From contig JAZQGI010000011.1 in assembly GCA_045539955.1 (NCBI GenBank), positions 16,832 through 80,831 on the forward strand: a stretch of DNA of 64,000 bases, given 5' to 3'. Positions 17,043 to 26,733 of the stretch are shown one piece after another. Each line of letters begins with the position of its first letter. Within the stretch, counting starts at the first letter, position 1. Origin of the DNA: Acutalibacteraceae bacterium. Its GTDB lineage: Bacteria > Bacillota > Clostridia > Oscillospirales > Acutalibacteraceae. The position numbers and the translations under genes were made by a program. The notes below the pieces were generated by a model. It was not told the DNA's origin. It saw only the letters and a list, made by a program, of their open reading frames with translations, and did no database searches.

Positions 17043-18487
17043 TAAAGTGCTTCGATTATATCACTTGGCAATAATGCGCTTTCTCCCTTAATTTTCGCAA
17101 CCTTATCAGCCGTAGCGCTATGAACATAAACGGCCGACTTTACCGCTTCTAAAACATCAAGCCCTTGCGCCAAATAAGATACAATAATACCTGCCAATAC
17201 GTCCCCGCTGCCTCCCGTTGCCATTCCGCTGTTGCCACAGGTATTAAAAAATACCTGACCGTCGGGCGAAGATATAAGCGTATTTGTGCCTTTGAGTGCA
17301 ACAAAACAGTTATATTCTCTTGCAAAATCAATAGCAACTTTTATACGGTTTTCTTCAATTTCCTTAATTGAACACCCTAAAAGACGTGACATTTCCGCAG
17401 GGTGCGGAGTTAAAATAATCGGAGCATCAGTTTTCTTTAATACATTTATATTCGAAACTAATGCGTTTATGCCATCGGCATCAACTACTGTGGGTACTTT
17501 GGTTTTTAAAAGAAGTTTTTTCACAAGACGCCGAGTGCTTTTTCTGTTCCCTATTCCGCAACCAATAAGCACCGCTGTTGCCTTTTGTAAAGGCTTCTCT
17601 AAATCAATATTGCCTTTAAAAGTTCCCTTTAAAGTCTGCCTTGCAATAACACAAACCGCCTCAGGCACAGCACAGGTGAGAATTTTGTAAATACCTTTAG
17701 GTATAACACATTTTGCAATACCTACACCACTTCTAAGACACGCTCTTGCTGACAAAATAGCCGCACCAGCCATACCGTAGCTTCCGCAAAACATTACCGC
17801 GGTGCCAAAGGTGCCTTTATGTGAATTCTTTGGGCGTTTTATCGGTTTTGGTTCTTCGATTGTTTGGTATTTATAACAGCTTGGTTTAACACCAATATCT
17901 GCAACTATAACTTCGCCCGTAAAATCAGAAGCAATCGGAAGCATAAAACAAGGCTTTAGTGCAATAAAGGTGACCGTTAAATCAGCATTAATACACCCAC
18001 CCATCACTCGACCGCTGTCACACTCAATCCCAGACGGGATATCTACAGCCACTCTCGTTGCTTTTTGAGAATTTATTTGGTTTATAATTTCAATAACCTC
18101 TGGCGACAATTCCCTGTCAAGACCGATGCCGAAAAGCGCATCTATAATAACATCATATTCACTGTCTATAGTTTCTTTTTTCTCTACACCCGAAAGAGCT
18201 GAATAATAATGTCTTGCAGAATTAGTCGACGGCTCACCCAAAGGGGTTATAACTGTAACATCGGCGCCGCCTTGCGCAAAATTTTGCGCTATAACAAAAC
18301 CGTCGCCGCCATTATTTCCCTTGCCGCAGACAACAGCTATTTTCTTATTATTAATATCTACATTTTCACATATAATTTTATAAGCGGTATCTCCCGCTTT
18401 TTTCATAAGACTCAGAAAAGAAAATGCGCCGCTTTGGACAGCATTTTCTTCGGAAAGCTTTATTAAATCCTTAGTCAATACATCCAT
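17042..18487 (-). CDS. nnr: bifunctional NAD(P)H-hydrate repair enzyme (epimerase / ADP-dependent dehydratase)
   Basis: N-terminal YjeF_N (GKGNNGGDGFV) plus a C-terminal carbohydrate-kinase domain (GGSGDVLAG). Start at ATG 18487 with AGGGTG SD. Confidence 0.85.
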   Translation of the reverse strand: MDVLTKDLIKLSEENAVQSGAFSFLSLMKKAGDTAYKIICENVDINNKKIAVVCGKGNNGGDGFVIAQNFAQGGADVTVITPLGEPSTNSARHYYSALSGVEKKETIDSEYDVIIDALFGIGLDRELSPEVIEIINQINSQKATRVAVDIPSGIECDSGRVMGGCINADLTVTFIALKPCFMLPIASDFTGEVIVADIGVKPSCYKYQTIEEPKPIKRPKNSHKGTFGTAVMFCGSYGMAGAAILSARACLRSGVGIAKCVIPKGIYKILTCAVPEAVCVIARQTLKGTFKGNIDLEKPLQKATAVLIGCGIGNRKSTRRLVKKLLLKTKVPTVVDADGINALVSNINVLKKTDAPIILTPHPAEMSRLLGCSIKEIEENRIKVAIDFAREYNCFVALKGTNTLISSPDGQVFFNTCGNSGMATGGSGDVLAGIIVSYLAQGLDVLEAVKSAVYVHSATADKVAKIKGESALLPSDIIEAL

Positions 18488-18499
18488 ACGGCACACACC

Positions 18500-19012
18500 C
18501 TACTTAAAAGCACTATTCGCAATAAATTTGGGTAAAAACTTTATTATCGCGCTCTGCATTTTCTCGTTTGGAGAAAACACGATATATTCCGCGCTTTTAC
18601 CCTCTTTTTCATAAACCAAAAGATACGCCCCGTCATCCTTTTCATTACAGGCGATCACAAGATTTTTTTTATCAATATTATTAAGCAAAGCTATATTGAA
18701 CTTTTCAAGCCTTGAAACACTGGCAAGTTCAAAGCTTGATAAACGCTTGCGGCTCGATTTATTAACAATTTTATCGATATCCATCGTACCGTTAGTTACT
18801 ATATATTCATACTCTATATTAAGCATACCGGAAAGCTTATACGCACCGTATATAATGCCCGCCATTAAAAGCACAAATATTGAACCTATATATCCCGAAT
18901 ACATAAAAACCAAAAAACAAAGCAATAAAGCCAAAAGCCATATTCCTATAAGTGCTACAATCAACTTTGCGTTTTTCTTAACTGCTACAATTTGTTCGAA
19001 GAAGGTATCCAT
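18500..19012 (-). CDS. membrane protein of unknown function (two TM helices)
   Basis: 170 aa with two adjacent hydrophobic helices (aa ~17-60) followed by a soluble domain. Confidence 0.6.
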   Translation of the reverse strand: MDTFFEQIVAVKKNAKLIVALIGIWLLALLLCFLVFMYSGYIGSIFVLLMAGIIYGAYKLSGMLNIEYEYIVTNGTMDIDKIVNKSSRKRLSSFELASVSRLEKFNIALLNNIDKKNLVIACNEKDDGAYLLVYEKEGKSAEYIVFSPNEKMQSAIIKFLPKFIANSAFK

Positions 19013-19068
19013 ATATTTACTCCAATGCTAAAATTTATATATTTATTATACACCAAAACCCCTTTCAC

Positions 19069-19097
19069 TTGCAATAGTTAAAATTTTAGTATATAAT
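19069..19097 (+). promoter_or_regulatory. sigmaA-type promoter (TTGCAA-17-TATAAT) of the PqqD-like/ABC pair
   Basis: -35 at 19069-19074, -10 at 19092-19097, about 20 nt before the SD and ATG at 19118. Confidence 0.5.
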
Positions 19098-19117
19098 GTT
19101 AAAAAAGAGGTGTTAAA

Positions 19118-19363
19118 ATGAAGCTAAAAAACGGATACAGTCTTGTCAAACACGATGATTCATATATAATCGAGCCACTCAAAAAAACAGTGGTCTTAAG
19201 TGATATTGGCGTATTTTTGTGGAATAAGACTATCAACAAAGATTTAAGCAACAGCGAATTACTTGATTTATTACTTAACAATTTCGAGATATCTACCGTT
19301 TTAGCTTTAGGTGAAATTGACACCTTTATTAAAAAATGTAAAGAAAACGGAATTTTAGAATAA
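19118..19363 (+). CDS. PqqD-family (RiPP-recognition-element-like) small protein
   Basis: 81 aa. The pattern L....D.SYII.P......LSDIGVFLWN......S..EL...L...FE.......EID.FI..C.ENGILE matches the usual PqqD-family layout from memory. Confidence 0.55.
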   Translation: MKLKNGYSLVKHDDSYIIEPLKKTVVLSDIGVFLWNKTINKDLSNSELLDLLLNNFEISTVLALGEIDTFIKKCKENGILE

Positions 19364-20982
19364 TGAAAAAAGGAAATAACAAAGCCACGCTTAAATGGGT
19401 TTACAAAATTTTTAAAAAATTCATCCCCTCAACTGCGCTTATGTGTTTTTTCTCGGTGTTGGTTTCGCTCTCTTTTGTATGGTTAGCCTTTCTTTCAAAA
19501 AATGTTTTAGAACTTGCAACTGGTGAACAGACAGGCAGTTTTGGGAAATACACTCTGCTACTTTTAGCAATAATAATAGCGCAAGTCTTGATTTCAGGAT
19601 TAAATTCAATTTTAAAAACTTCGATAAGCGGTAAATTTACAATATCCTTACGGGAACATTTATTTTCAGTACTCAACTGTAAAAAATATTCCGAAACGCA
19701 AAGGTACCATTCTGGTGATATTCTCAATCGCTTCACATCAGATACAGATATAATTGTCAGTAACACTGTTTCCATCCTGCCTGATATTTTTTCAATGTTA
19801 GCCAAGATAATAGGCGGTACAGTCGCATTAATTTCACTTGAACCGACCATTGCTTTGGTTGTCTTATTTTTTGGTATTTGTATACCCGCTGTGGGCAGAA
19901 TTTTTAATAAAAGATACAAGCATCTTCATAAAGAATGTCAAAAAACCGAAGGTATAACACGTTCTTTTTTGCAGGAATGCTTTGAAAATAGAATTGTTAT
20001 TAAAACTTTTAATAGCGAAGTTCCGTTTATACAAAGATTAAAGCAATATATGTCAGAAAACTACCGTTTTAAAATCAAACGCGCATACATAACTGTTTTT
20101 TCACATTTAAGTCTCTATTCTTTTTTCACTCTCGGTTATTACGCAATTTTAATCTGGGGCGCAATGCAAATTTCTAACGGCGCCATTACTTTCGGTATGC
20201 TGATGGCTTTCTTGCAATTAGTTTCACAATTAAGGTTACCGTTACAAAATATATCAAGCATTTTCCCTAAATATTATTCAATAATAGCATCTGCAGAAAG
20301 ACTTGTAGAATTAGAAGAATTACAAAACGAAGAAATTCCAAGTATAAAACACGATATCGCTTTTGACTTTATTTGTGGTGAAAATATCACCTTTTCTTAC
20401 GATGATAAACCAATTTTAAAGGACTTTAATTTCAAAATTAAAAGCAACAGTATTACTGCAGTAACAGGCGCTTCGGGTAACGGAAAAAGTACACTTTTTA
20501 AACTGATTTTAGGGCTATACGAATTACAAAACGGCAGTATTAAAATCAATGGTAACCTAATAGCAGATTCTACTACTCGCCACCTCTTCGCTTATGTTCC
20601 GCAAGGTAATATGATATTATCGGGCAGTATTAGGGATAACATTACAATGTGCAACCCCAACATCTTAGAAAGTGATATTATTTCCGCCTGCAAAACTGCT
20701 GAAATTCATGATTTTATTACAACACTCAAAAACGGTTATGACACTATTTTATCAGAACGCGGAGAAGGTCTTTCGCAGGGACAGATTCAGCGTCTCTCAA
20801 TAGCGCGGGCTTTACTTGTAAACTCACCTGTGCTTCTCTTGGACGAGGCCACCTCAGCGCTCGATAAAGATACTGAACTACGCGTACTAAAAAACATAAA
20901 AGCGCTTAAAAATAAGACAGTCATACTCGTTACCCATCGAAAAACAAGTGTTGATTTTTGTGACAATATCATAAATATTTAA
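19363..20982 (+). CDS. ABC exporter, fused permease and ATPase (half-transporter)
   Basis: 539 aa. Six-TM N-terminal domain, Walker A GASGNGKST, signature LSQGQIQR and Walker B LLLLDEATS. ATGA-type overlap with the PqqD-like gene. Confidence 0.85.
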   Translation: MKKGNNKATLKWVYKIFKKFIPSTALMCFFSVLVSLSFVWLAFLSKNVLELATGEQTGSFGKYTLLLLAIIIAQVLISGLNSILKTSISGKFTISLREHLFSVLNCKKYSETQRYHSGDILNRFTSDTDIIVSNTVSILPDIFSMLAKIIGGTVALISLEPTIALVVLFFGICIPAVGRIFNKRYKHLHKECQKTEGITRSFLQECFENRIVIKTFNSEVPFIQRLKQYMSENYRFKIKRAYITVFSHLSLYSFFTLGYYAILIWGAMQISNGAITFGMLMAFLQLVSQLRLPLQNISSIFPKYYSIIASAERLVELEELQNEEIPSIKHDIAFDFICGENITFSYDDKPILKDFNFKIKSNSITAVTGASGNGKSTLFKLILGLYELQNGSIKINGNLIADSTTRHLFAYVPQGNMILSGSIRDNITMCNPNILESDIISACKTAEIHDFITTLKNGYDTILSERGEGLSQGQIQRLSIARALLVNSPVLLLDEATSALDKDTELRVLKNIKALKNKTVILVTHRKTSVDFCDNIINI

Positions 20983-20983
20983 A

Positions 20984-21014
20984 GGGAAGTATCTTTTAGA
21001 TACCTCCCTTTTTT
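20984..21014. terminator. hairpin terminator between convergent genes
   Basis: GGGAAGTATCT-ttt-AGATACCTCCC followed by T6. Confidence 0.6.
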
Positions 21015-21513
21015 ATTTACCCTCGAGCTTATTTGAAATATAATTTTGCACCTTATCAAACGGTATTTCCAAAACAGCTGAAAGCTCGCCAAAAAACAGA
21101 TTTTCACCAATTTTCATATACTTTTCATCAATTGCATTTAGGCGTTTTTTCATTTTAGCCACATTTAACTTCTTAGAATAAATAATTGCCGTAAGCTCGA
21201 CAAGCTCTTCCAAAGAATGATTATTGATTTTTTCAATGTAGTCATCTTTAGTAAAATCATCATTTCCCGAAAGCTGCTCAATAATTAAAGGAATGCTTTC
21301 GATTAACGCTTCTGCTTCTTCTCTTTTTATTAAATGACGCATAAACACCTTGTTGTCGCTTACAGGTGCATAAATCACATTATTATCAAGATTTAACGGC
21401 TTTAAAACATAATATTCGCGTTTTTGATTTTTTATAAACGATTTTTCGCATATATTTTCAATCTCGCAGACACCAGTCTGCCCATATATTATTTTATCGC
21501 CTATTTTAAACAT
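21013..21513 (-). CDS. CarD/CdnL-family transcription regulator
   Basis: N-terminal MFKIGDKIIYGQTGVCEI...REYYVLKP is the CarD_CdnL_TRCF RNAP-interaction motif. 166 aa. Confidence 0.75.
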   Translation of the reverse strand: MFKIGDKIIYGQTGVCEIENICEKSFIKNQKREYYVLKPLNLDNNVIYAPVSDNKVFMRHLIKREEAEALIESIPLIIEQLSGNDDFTKDDYIEKINNHSLEELVELTAIIYSKKLNVAKMKKRLNAIDEKYMKIGENLFFGELSAVLEIPFDKVQNYISNKLEGK

Positions 21514-21629
21514 TAAAACACCGCCTTTTTACACTTTAATTATATCAAAAAAATTTACTTGATGTAAGTAAAATTTTTAGTTAAATTAAAAATCTCTCCT
21601 TGTTTTCACAAAGAGAGATTTAATTTAGT

Positions 21630-23195
21630 TTAGTTTACAATAATTTGTTTTCCATCGAGCAATCTTTCAAGATTTTTCAATATTTTTTTGTAATCCGAAG
21701 AACCGACTTTTCCCATAGGCACTCCGTCAATAACATACTGATATCTCACGGCGCTTTCTTTAACAAAATCAATTTTTGTCGGTGCGATGCCTTCATCGTT
21801 ATATTCGTATGTTATCGTAAGTTCAGGGTTTGAATTTATAGCTTCTGTTTTGAAATCAATACACTGCAAAAGGCATAAATACTGATAATATTCTTGGAAA
21901 TATGTTGAATTATAGGTTTTTCCGTCACATTCAACTATATATTTATCAATCTCGTCGCCCTTTGGGTTTTCACGAATATCAAAGCTATATGTTTTATCCT
22001 CGGTTTTAATAGTTAGATTTGAAATCTCGTCAATAGATGTTACAAACACGCTTTTACTGTAAAAATCAGTAGTGGTATAACTTAAAAATCCGCAATCTGA
22101 CAAAGATACTCGCTTAATGTTCTTACTATCGTTGCCTATGACTGCATAATCGCCGTCTTCTTGCTGTTTAAACTTATAAGAATAGGTATAATCGTCAAAA
22201 ACAGCGCTTAAAACATAATCAGGTTTATCAAGACCTAAGGCTTTAACAGTTTCACTTTTAACATCGTAAGAATATGCACCGCTGACATTAAAACCGCCCG
22301 AAAATACCATAAATAATGTTTCAACATTTTCCGCAGTTCTTTTCATCGGTTTTACTACTTCATAAGGAGTAAAAAGCGCAATTTTTTCTTCTGCAGTAGG
22401 TGCAAAAACCATTTTTTCAGGAAAATTCACACCCTCAACAGTAACATAATCCGACTTAATAACCGCAACACCGTTGCAATATTCGGAATATTTTTCATCA
22501 AGCATCACAGCGCCTTGTGCTTTGGTGCTTGCCAATTCCAAATCTGTAAAACTAAGGCTTTCGTCGAGTGCTTCGCCAACAAGATAAATATTTTCCTTAT
22601 TAGCAAGCTTTACATAAACCCCTGCATTATCAGGAGATTTAGCACCTATAAGCACTGTTTCGCTCTGGTTTTCCAAAGTGGTGAATTCTGCTTTTGCCAA
22701 AGGCTCATCTAAACCGCACTCGGTAGAGTTTTTTTCGGTTATTTCGCGAATAGCCTCAACGCTTACCACATCTTCAACCACATTACAAATAAGGTCACTG
22801 TCTGTCATTTCCTTATCGTAACCATTAATATACCAATAGGTGTTGGTGACAGCTTCACCTGTATCTTCTGCCTGAGTTTCTTCCTTTTCAGAATAAAATT
22901 CAAATTTGCCGTTTTGGTTTTCAACTGTAACTTCCTTAATTTCATCAGCTTCATAATCCAAAACTGTAATTTCATTAGTCTTGGAGCCTTCACCTGTTTC
23001 TTTTTCAGGAATCAATTTAATAACAGCAATTGTACTGCCAAATAAAACCGCAACCGCCAGACACAAGGAAACCGCGATTTTTATACGCTTAGTGCCACCA
23101 TTTTTTTTGATATCTTTATGCTCTGTAGGATCAGAAAAAACTGTCGATAATTCTTCAATTTGAGTATTATTTTTATTTTCTGGTAAATTGTTCAT
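21630..23195 (-). CDS. N-terminally anchored extracytoplasmic protein (DUF4340-like), last gene of the ABC-2 operon
   Basis: 521 aa with a single N-terminal TM. Its position after a GldG-like gene is the usual DUF4340 context. Family name from memory. Confidence 0.5.
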   Translation of the reverse strand: MNNLPENKNNTQIEELSTVFSDPTEHKDIKKNGGTKRIKIAVSLCLAVAVLFGSTIAVIKLIPEKETGEGSKTNEITVLDYEADEIKEVTVENQNGKFEFYSEKEETQAEDTGEAVTNTYWYINGYDKEMTDSDLICNVVEDVVSVEAIREITEKNSTECGLDEPLAKAEFTTLENQSETVLIGAKSPDNAGVYVKLANKENIYLVGEALDESLSFTDLELASTKAQGAVMLDEKYSEYCNGVAVIKSDYVTVEGVNFPEKMVFAPTAEEKIALFTPYEVVKPMKRTAENVETLFMVFSGGFNVSGAYSYDVKSETVKALGLDKPDYVLSAVFDDYTYSYKFKQQEDGDYAVIGNDSKNIKRVSLSDCGFLSYTTTDFYSKSVFVTSIDEISNLTIKTEDKTYSFDIRENPKGDEIDKYIVECDGKTYNSTYFQEYYQYLCLLQCIDFKTEAINSNPELTITYEYNDEGIAPTKIDFVKESAVRYQYVIDGVPMGKVGSSDYKKILKNLERLLDGKQIIVN

Positions 23196-24775
23196 TATGA
23201 ATTCTTTCTCCTAATATAAACATAAATACCTGCAACAATACAAAGTATTGGTAACGCAATAATAAATACAATGTTAATAATATTAGCAGAGGTTTGTGTT
23301 ACCGAGCTTGCAAAGCTTTCATCGGTAATAACCTTTTTAACAAAAGAAATTCCTGTTTCTTCTGCACCGGAAACGCGTTCAGCCGCAGCAAAAGCAATAT
23401 CCTTATTACCAATAGTTGTAGTTTCTGCGTATTCGGAATGTATGAAATCTATACTACTAAAAGCAATAACGGTATTTTTAAGCAAATTGTTACTACTGTC
23501 ATAAGCAGTTCTTTCGCTCTTTATCACTGTTGAATATGCAGATTTCGAATGGTCACTTGCGCCGCTCCACGTATCCGAAGTACCCACAGGTGCATTTACA
23601 ACTGTACCTGGCGTGCAAACAAGAGTCTCTACTGAGGTATCGCCCTCTGTAGTAAAGGCGGGATTTATAACGATGTTATTACCCGAAATGCAGAGTGAAA
23701 CACCGTTTGTAATGCTGTCATCGCTCGCTGGATACGAGCCCATAACAGTAGGTTTATCAGGCATATAATTGCTTGAGTTTGTTTCGAACAGCAAGCCTTC
23801 GCCTACCTCAATTCCCCATTCCTCAAGGAAACCGTAGAAATTAGGTAAATACGGCGCCGAAGCATCACCAACGAATACAAGACCTTTGCCGTACTTTTCC
23901 CCATTATCAAGGAAATCTGCAATAGCGCTGAGTTCCGATTCAATAAAATCAACCGTGGGCGCCACTATGAATAATGCGTCATATTCGCTGGATATCTTAC
24001 TTACCAAACTTTCCGAAAGTAAATCAATTTCATAGTTATTTGTTTTCAAAAGTTCACGGTAGCTTTCTGAATAATCATCTTTGCTGTGTCCTGTTATAAA
24101 TGCAACCTTTTTAGTTTCACTGCTTGTAACATAAGAAATAGCGCTTGTGAGTGCAGTTTCGATATTATTGCCCTCGATAGTTGTAAATGTATAGCCATAG
24201 GCAGAATAGCTATCGTCGGTTTTAAGCGCATATATATCCTCAAAACCAATAATCTTGTAACGCTCATTCTCGTCCTGAACACAGCTTACTATGATATCGC
24301 CGTACTCAAGGCTTTCCTTTGAATACTTTGCTGTAATCTCAGTAAAAGCAGAATCCTGTGTATCAACAAAGTTAATCTTAATTTTGTTGTTATAGTTATT
24401 ATACTTTTCCATAAGACTTACAGTCTGCTTATAATAATCGCTGTAATCGTCGCTGATACCGTGAAGCTTCTGCGCATAGTAACTCATAACCTCACCGTAG
24501 TAATCCTGCGCTCTTGCGCACATAGTAACGGTTACATCCTTTTCAACTTCTTTAATAAATTTGGCATTTTCAGCAGTTACGGTATTAACCTTGTCGCTTG
24601 TCATATCATATTCAAGCATAAAGCGGTTAGAAAGCGCAGATAAAAGGATATTGAAAACGATTATTCCCACAAGAACAATAGCGGTTATAACGACCGAATA
24701 TGTTCCTCGCTTGAATAAAGCCTGATTTTTTATCTTTTCACTTTTAGTGAATTTAGGGAGTTTAAAGTTCTTCAT
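23195..24775 (-). CDS. GldG-like ABC-transport auxiliary protein
   Basis: 526 aa with N- and C-terminal TM helices flanking a large external domain. Overlaps the neighbouring genes of the ABC-2 operon. Confidence 0.6.
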   Translation of the reverse strand: MKNFKLPKFTKSEKIKNQALFKRGTYSVVITAIVLVGIIVFNILLSALSNRFMLEYDMTSDKVNTVTAENAKFIKEVEKDVTVTMCARAQDYYGEVMSYYAQKLHGISDDYSDYYKQTVSLMEKYNNYNNKIKINFVDTQDSAFTEITAKYSKESLEYGDIIVSCVQDENERYKIIGFEDIYALKTDDSYSAYGYTFTTIEGNNIETALTSAISYVTSSETKKVAFITGHSKDDYSESYRELLKTNNYEIDLLSESLVSKISSEYDALFIVAPTVDFIESELSAIADFLDNGEKYGKGLVFVGDASAPYLPNFYGFLEEWGIEVGEGLLFETNSSNYMPDKPTVMGSYPASDDSITNGVSLCISGNNIVINPAFTTEGDTSVETLVCTPGTVVNAPVGTSDTWSGASDHSKSAYSTVIKSERTAYDSSNNLLKNTVIAFSSIDFIHSEYAETTTIGNKDIAFAAAERVSGAEETGISFVKKVITDESFASSVTQTSANIINIVFIIALPILCIVAGIYVYIRRKNS

Positions 24776-24787
24776 TCCACTTACCTC

Positions 24788-25489
24788 CTATGCCCATCTT
24801 CTCTTCTCAAGCGCACGCACACAAAGGAACAAGAATGCGGCGGTAATGCTTAAGAAATAACAAATATCTGGAACGGAGAAAAGATTTCCCCCAAAGCTTG
24901 CAAACATATTAATAAATGCCATCTTTTCAATTATTTTTGAAATCCACTGGACATTTATCATCTGCGCAAAGTTTGACATATAAAGCACTAAAATATTTAT
25001 TACCAACGTAAGTATTGCTGAAACCACCGAGCTTTCGGTAAGTGTAGAAATAAACATACCTATAGCAATTAAAGTGCTTCCCAAAAGCAAAATACCTAAA
25101 AGTGCATAAAAGAAGGTAAGAACATTTACGTTTACATAAGACAGAACAATTACTTCAAAAATAACTGTCGGCACAAAACCAAGAGCAAATACAGATAAAG
25201 CAGCTAAAAACTTACCTAAAACGATTGAAGTAAGCTTTACTGGGGCTGTAAACAACGCTTGGTCAACCTTCTGCCGCCTGTCCTCACTCATAAGACGCAT
25301 TGTGATAATGGGCATTATGAAAATTGTAACTGTCAGCATTTCGGAAATAACCCATTCTACCTGTGGAATACCGCTTGCATAAAGCGCCGAAAAATAAAGA
25401 CCTGCAAAGAAATAAAAAGCGGCTAAAACAATGTAACCGATAGGAGTTGAAAAATATGCCTTAAATTCTCTTTTAAAAATTGCTAACAT
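24788..25489 (-). CDS. ABC-2 family permease (GldF-like)
   Basis: 233 aa with six predicted TM helices. Follows the ATPase with a 7-nt overlap. Confidence 0.7.
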   Translation of the reverse strand: MLAIFKREFKAYFSTPIGYIVLAAFYFFAGLYFSALYASGIPQVEWVISEMLTVTIFIMPIITMRLMSEDRRQKVDQALFTAPVKLTSIVLGKFLAALSVFALGFVPTVIFEVIVLSYVNVNVLTFFYALLGILLLGSTLIAIGMFISTLTESSVVSAILTLVINILVLYMSNFAQMINVQWISKIIEKMAFINMFASFGGNLFSVPDICYFLSITAAFLFLCVRALEKRRWA

Positions 25490-26484
25490 AATTCTTCCTC
25501 CTTTATTTCATCTTCACTATCGAAGCCTAAAAGCTTGCGAGATTCCTCATAGCTTCCCGCCTCGGTAAGTCTTAAAAATACCTGCTCAAGTGACACCTTG
25601 TTACTTGTGAGCGATAAAATTGTTTTACCTCGTGAAACAACGCGTTCAAATACTTCTTTACGAATATCCGTATTAATTTCTGGCTCTATAAGAAAATCAA
25701 AACTTCCCTGCTCCTTACAACCGAGTGATATTACAGATTTAACACCCTTTACGGTTGAAAGTGCTTCAAGCATATTTTTTTCGCCGCCTTCAATTCTTAC
25801 CACTACCGAGCGGTCATTTGAAAGCCTGTCCGAAAGATTTTCAGCCTTGTCATCAGCAATAATTCTACCCTGATTTATGATGATAACACGCTCACAAACT
25901 GCCTGAATTTCAGACAAAATGTGTGACGACAAAATAATAGTGTGGTTTTTACCAAGTCGCGAAATTAAATTTCTGATTTCAATTATCTGCTTAGGGTCAA
26001 GACCAACCGTTGGCTCGTCAAGAATAAGCACATCAGGGTTGCCAACAAGCGCTTGCGCTAAGCCTACTCTTTGGCGGTAACCTTTTGAAAGATTTTTGAT
26101 AAGACGATTTTGCACATTGTCGATTTTAATTAGCTTCATAATCTCGTCTATGTGTGCTTTTTTAGGGAACTTTACTTTTTTAAGGTCGTAAATAAAGTAA
26201 AGATATTCCTTAACCTTCATATCAATATAAAGAGGCGGAATTTCAGGAAGATAGCCAATACGCTTTTTGGCTTCCTCGGGGTTTTCCATAATATCAAAGC
26301 CGTCAATAGAAACCTGTCCCTGTGTTAAAGACAAATAACCCGTCAATATATTCATAATAGTCGATTTGCCCGCGCCGTTAGGACCAAGAAAACCGATAAC
26401 TTCACCTTTTTTGATGCTAAAATTAACATCACTTACTGCAAGGTGTGTGCCGTATCTTTTTGATAGGCCTTTTACCTCAATCAT
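25483..26484 (-). CDS. ABC transporter ATP-binding protein (GldA-like)
   Basis: Start at ATG 26484 (MIEVKGLSKRYG) with GGAGG SD. Walker A GPNGAGKST, signature LSKGYRQR and Walker B LILDEPT. The 87-codon extension in the track reads through noncoding repeats. Confidence 0.9.
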   Translation of the reverse strand: MIEVKGLSKRYGTHLAVSDVNFSIKKGEVIGFLGPNGAGKSTIMNILTGYLSLTQGQVSIDGFDIMENPEEAKKRIGYLPEIPPLYIDMKVKEYLYFIYDLKKVKFPKKAHIDEIMKLIKIDNVQNRLIKNLSKGYRQRVGLAQALVGNPDVLILDEPTVGLDPKQIIEIRNLISRLGKNHTIILSSHILSEIQAVCERVIIINQGRIIADDKAENLSDRLSNDRSVVVRIEGGEKNMLEALSTVKGVKSVISLGCKEQGSFDFLIEPEINTDIRKEVFERVVSRGKTILSLTSNKVSLEQVFLRLTEAGSYEESRKLLGFDSEDEIKEEELC

Positions 26485-26527
26485 ATTTAAACCTCCGTTG
26501 TTTAGTCTAAAACAGTATAACATATAT

Positions 26528-26556
26528 ATAATATCATTTTTTAAATAAATTGTAAA
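26528..26556 (-). promoter_or_regulatory. sigmaA-type promoter of the ABC-2 operon (TTTACA-17-TATTAT)
   Basis: Minus sense: -35 at 26556-26551, -10 at 26533-26528. Confidence 0.45.
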
Positions 26557-26578
26557 TAAAAAAATACCGCCAGATATT

Positions 26579-26652
26579 AAAAAACAGCACCCACTTTCGT
26601 GAGTGCTGTGAACTTTGAGAAAAATAAGATTATCTCTTTGAGAACTGGGGTG
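26579..26652. repeat. 74-bp direct repeat, copy A (pseudo 3' end of rpsI plus terminator)
   Basis: 72/74 identical to 26734-26807. Contains ...PQFSKR-TAA-equivalent codons and the hairpin CAGCACCCAC/GTGAGTGCTG with a T6 run (minus sense). Confidence 0.85.
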
Positions 26653-26733
26653 ACTCCCTACACTGTAGGGAGATGTCACGAAGTGACAGAGGGTACGGGC
26701 GCCGTCAGCGCCACGACGGGCGGCACGTCGTGC
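26653..26733. other. GC-rich, palindrome-dense insert between the two repeat copies
   Basis: Four palindromes: CTCCCTACAcTGTAGGGAG (26654-26672), TGTCACgaaGTGACA (26674-26688), GGCGCcgtcaGCGCC (26698-26712) and CACGACGggcggcaCGTCGTG (26712-26732). Base composition is far above the surrounding AT-rich DNA. Confidence 0.7.

Noticed and set aside
26653-26733. A group II intron (class C, terminator-targeting) remnant as the identity of the GC-rich insert.
   Set aside because: The position just after a terminator is suggestive. However, there is no GUGYG 5' end and no recognisable domain V (AGC triad, GNRA loop). At 80 nt it is far too short. It remains unexplained rather than assigned.
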